Positions 27,395-29,288 of a stretch of DNA of 29,288 bases are shown piece after piece. This stretch comes from Deltaproteobacteria bacterium (GTDB lineage: Bacteria; SAR324; NAC60-12). Under the pieces are notes generated by a model. It worked only from the letters and a program-made list of their open reading frames with translations. It was not told where the DNA came from and did no database searches. The stretch spans positions 1-29,288 of the forward strand of contig JAYOTF010000041.1 in assembly GCA_038150265.1 (NCBI GenBank), given 5' to 3'. Numbering within the stretch: the stretch's first letter is position 1; the number at the start of each line of letters is the position of its first letter. The position numbers and the translations under genes were made by a program.

Positions 27395-27454
27395 CCCCGC
27401 TCCTTCCCCCTTTTCGCTCCCCTCCTCCCCCTCACTCCCTGTCCCCTGATGGTC

Positions 27455-27492
27455 AGCAGCTCCCCTTCTTCAGGGGAGCTGTTACAATTTTT
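27455..27492 (+). terminator. Rho-independent terminator of the hflX-nit-murA operon
   Basis: Stem AGCAGCTCCCCT-TCTTC-AGGGGAGCTGTT followed by ACAATTTTT. Confidence 0.65.
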
Positions 27493-27525
27493 CTGAAAAA
27501 TTTCTTTTCATTTGAAAAATTTCTT
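27486..27525. repeat. AT-rich direct/inverted repeat cluster (putative operator)
   Basis: TGAAAAATTTCTT at 27494-27506 and 27513-27525; palindrome AATTTTTC-T-GAAAAATT at 27486-27502. Confidence 0.6.
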
Positions 27526-27595
27526 ACTAAATCATCCTGACAAACAGGGAGCACATGGGGTGCACCCTGATTTCACCATCAACAGGGGGTTTGTT

Positions 27596-28777
27596 ATGGA
27601 TATGACCAATCATCGGATGCGCTTTGGGGTGTTTCTTGCGCCGTTCCACAAGCCGGGCATCAACCCAACGCTCGCGATTCACAACGACCTGGAACTGGTG
27701 CAGTGGCTGGACCGGTGTGGCTACGATGAGGCGTGGATTGGGGAGCACCACTCTGCCGGTTCGGAAATCATTGCGAGTCCGGAAATCTTCATGTCAGCTG
27801 CTGCGCAGCACACCCGGACGATCAAGCTGGGAACCGGGGTGGTCAGTGTGTCGTACCACAATCCGCTTTGGGTGGCCGAGCGCCTGGTGATGCTGGATCA
27901 CCTGACGCGTGGGCGGGTGATGCTGGGAATGGGGCCGGGCTCGTTGCCGACCGATGGCGCAATGATTGGCCTGTCTCAGTCACAAACCCGGGGGCTGCTT
28001 GAGCAAGGGCTCGACATCATCATGCAACTGCTGACGACCGAGAAGCCCGTGACGTTCAAGAATGACCGCTGGGAGCTGAACGAGGCCCGCCTGCACCTCC
28101 GGCCGTACTCGAATCCGCTCTTTGACGTCACCGTAGCGGCAGTGGCCTCTCCGACCGGGCCCAAGCTGGCAGGCCGCCATGGCATTGGGTTGCTCTCCAT
28201 TGGCGCCACCACAGCGGCTGGCTTTGATGCCCTGGCCCTGCACTGGAACGTCATGGAGGAGCAGGCCCAGTACTATGGCACCACCGTGGACCGTTCCAAG
28301 TGGCGGCTGGTGGGACTCTGCCACATTGCCGAAACGCTCGATCAGGCGTACCGGGATGTGGAGTATGGAATTGAGCAGTGGTTTGATTACTTCCAGGCGG
28401 TGGCCGCGTTCCCGCAAATGGCGGTTCCGGGGAACAACATCAAGGAGATGATCGAGTTCATCAATGAGTCTGGATTTGGCGCCATCGGGACTCCGGAGAT
28501 GTGCACGAAGCAGATCAACCGGCTCTGGGAGCAGTCCAACGGAGGCTTTGGCGCTTACCTGATGCTGGCGCACAACTGGGCCAGCCCGGAGGCGACCAAG
28601 AAGAGCTACGAGCTGATCGCCCGGCACGTCATGCCTCAGTTCCAGGGGCAGGCGCATTCCACCAGCCATGCTGCCGATCGGGCTCGGTCGGCTCGTCCGG
28701 AGCTCGCAGCGGTCCACTCCAAAGCTGTGGAGGTGGCGACCCAGAAGTATCAGGACGAAGTGACTTCCCGCAGCTGA
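27596..28777 (+). CDS. LLM-class (luciferase-like) flavin-dependent monooxygenase, limonene 1,2-monooxygenase LimB-like
   Basis: MRFGVFLAPFH...NPT...GYDEAWIGEHHS, IKLGTGV, LDHLTRGR and GPGSLPTD. Start is ATG 27596 or 27602 after AGGGGG, rather than the TTG at 27512. Confidence 0.88.
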   Translation: MDMTNHRMRFGVFLAPFHKPGINPTLAIHNDLELVQWLDRCGYDEAWIGEHHSAGSEIIASPEIFMSAAAQHTRTIKLGTGVVSVSYHNPLWVAERLVMLDHLTRGRVMLGMGPGSLPTDGAMIGLSQSQTRGLLEQGLDIIMQLLTTEKPVTFKNDRWELNEARLHLRPYSNPLFDVTVAAVASPTGPKLAGRHGIGLLSIGATTAAGFDALALHWNVMEEQAQYYGTTVDRSKWRLVGLCHIAETLDQAYRDVEYGIEQWFDYFQAVAAFPQMAVPGNNIKEMIEFINESGFGAIGTPEMCTKQINRLWEQSNGGFGAYLMLAHNWASPEATKKSYELIARHVMPQFQGQAHSTSHAADRARSARPELAAVHSKAVEVATQKYQDEVTSRS

Positions 28778-28786
28778 CTCCTCCCT

Positions 28787-28805
28787 CGGGAGCGTCCGGC
28801 TCCCG
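28787..28805. terminator. Hairpin between convergent genes (possible bidirectional terminator)
   Basis: CGGGAGC-GTCCG-GCTCCCG, a perfect 7-bp stem in the 28-nt gap between convergent stops. Confidence 0.45.
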
Positions 28806-29093
28806 TCAGCTCTTCAAGATGGAGTGCGAGCGCTTGGCGCTGGAGACCAGGGTCAGGGACCGTCGGTTTCCTCGCAGGCGCCAGTGCTCCATGAACTCGT
28901 CCATCACATCGACTGCCTCCTCCCACATCACTTCTTCGGCCATGAGGGTCAGGTTGGGACCGTCTGCATACAGGGCCATTTTCTGCTTGGGCCAGATTTC
29001 CTGAAAAATCAATCGAGCGGTCTCCTCCGAAATGGGCTGCTCAAAGAGGAAGGAAACGTTGATCGTCTCAAGAGAGGGGTCCGGATGCGCCAT
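28806..29093 (-). CDS. Hypothetical protein (95 aa)
   Basis: From ATG 29093 the translation looks protein-like (MAHPDPSLETINVSFLFEQPISEETARLIFQEIW...) with GC3-biased codons. The upstream extension to 29210 looks non-coding. Confidence 0.6.
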   Translation of the reverse strand: MAHPDPSLETINVSFLFEQPISEETARLIFQEIWPKQKMALYADGPNLTLMAEEVMWEEAVDVMDEFMEHWRLRGNRRSLTLVSSAKRSHSILKS

Positions 29094-29288
29094 GTTGTTG
29101 CCTGGGAAAGCAAAGGAGTGGCTGCCGAAGCAGCAGGAGGCGTTCAGTGTACCAAGCGTTTCGTCTGGAGAGAAGCCGGAAGACGGGCTGGCGCAAAAAG
29201 AGGGTGCCACCCCGCCTCCGGGCTCAAGCGGGGCTCATGGAAGCCGCCAGCAGTCAAAAAGAACTCGATTGTGTGGACGTTTTTTGAT

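Larger units (their letters stand above)
283..29085. repeat. Dispersed highly iterated palindrome TCCGGA / TTCCGGAA
   Basis: About 87 TCCGGA by manual count. About 20 are the 8-mer TTCCGGAA, e.g. 283, 1123, 1660, 1729, 2426, 3046, 3344, 3655, 4391, 5362, 11495, 12566, 14540, 14792, 17504, 18643, 20328, 21269, 24974 and 25528. Confidence 0.85.

Noticed and set aside
27512..27595. N-terminal extension of the LLM ORF from TTG 27512
   Set aside because: It runs through AT-rich repeats and a structured leader. Family similarity begins at MRFGVF, and a Shine-Dalgarno precedes ATG 27596/27602.
1..29288. CRISPR array, tRNA/rRNA, IS/integrase, prophage or defence island
   Set aside because: No regularly spaced repeats, RNA gene signatures, or transposase/integrase/phage motifs were seen. 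The TerB-like and PIN genes sit in housekeeping contexts. The TCCGGA repeats are dispersed inside genes rather than arrayed.
29094..29288. Possible ncRNA or gene end at the right edge (hairpin CCCCGC...GCGGGG near 29210-29233)
   Set aside because: Truncated by the window and not assignable. Most simply it is a terminator of an upstream minus-strand gene.

Overview
This is a GC-rich (roughly 62-64% by eye) bacterial chromosomal segment with about 24 protein-coding genes. I found no RNA genes, CRISPR array or mobile element. The gene mix (orphan flagellin, TerB-like, DUF4159, FecR plus barrel, fused IOR) suggests a deltaproteobacteria-like lineage such as SAR324, but that is inference only. The minus strand on the left carries PIN-PhoH, coaBC, DUF4159, a PhnZ-like HD oxygenase, a metzincin lipoprotein, glnS (broken), a class I aminotransferase and a partial GT2. 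Then come plsC, a TerB-like gene, an ABC exporter, an MFS transporter, a single-chain indolepyruvate:ferredoxin oxidoreductase, DUF3187, DUF4864, an NADP-dependent oxidoreductase, a FecR plus outer-membrane barrel pair, a sigma28-driven flagellin, hflX-nit-murA, an LLM monooxygenase and a small orphan gene. The most striking signal is the palindrome TCCGGA, often extended to TTCCGGAA. It occurs about 87 times by manual count against about 10 expected, across genes and all reading frames, like a HIP1-type iterated palindrome. Other notable items: glnS has an apparent ~26-nt frameshifting deletion that removes the conserved HHxTG segment; CoaBC looks archaeal-type and lacks the catalytic Cys; the PhnZ-like gene has no PhnY partner; MurA has the fosfomycin-resistant Cys->Asp change; the flagellin leader has CsrA-type GGA hairpins; the barrel protein has a 23-aa Cys-bracketed repeat; and the murA-LLM intergenic region is densely structured.
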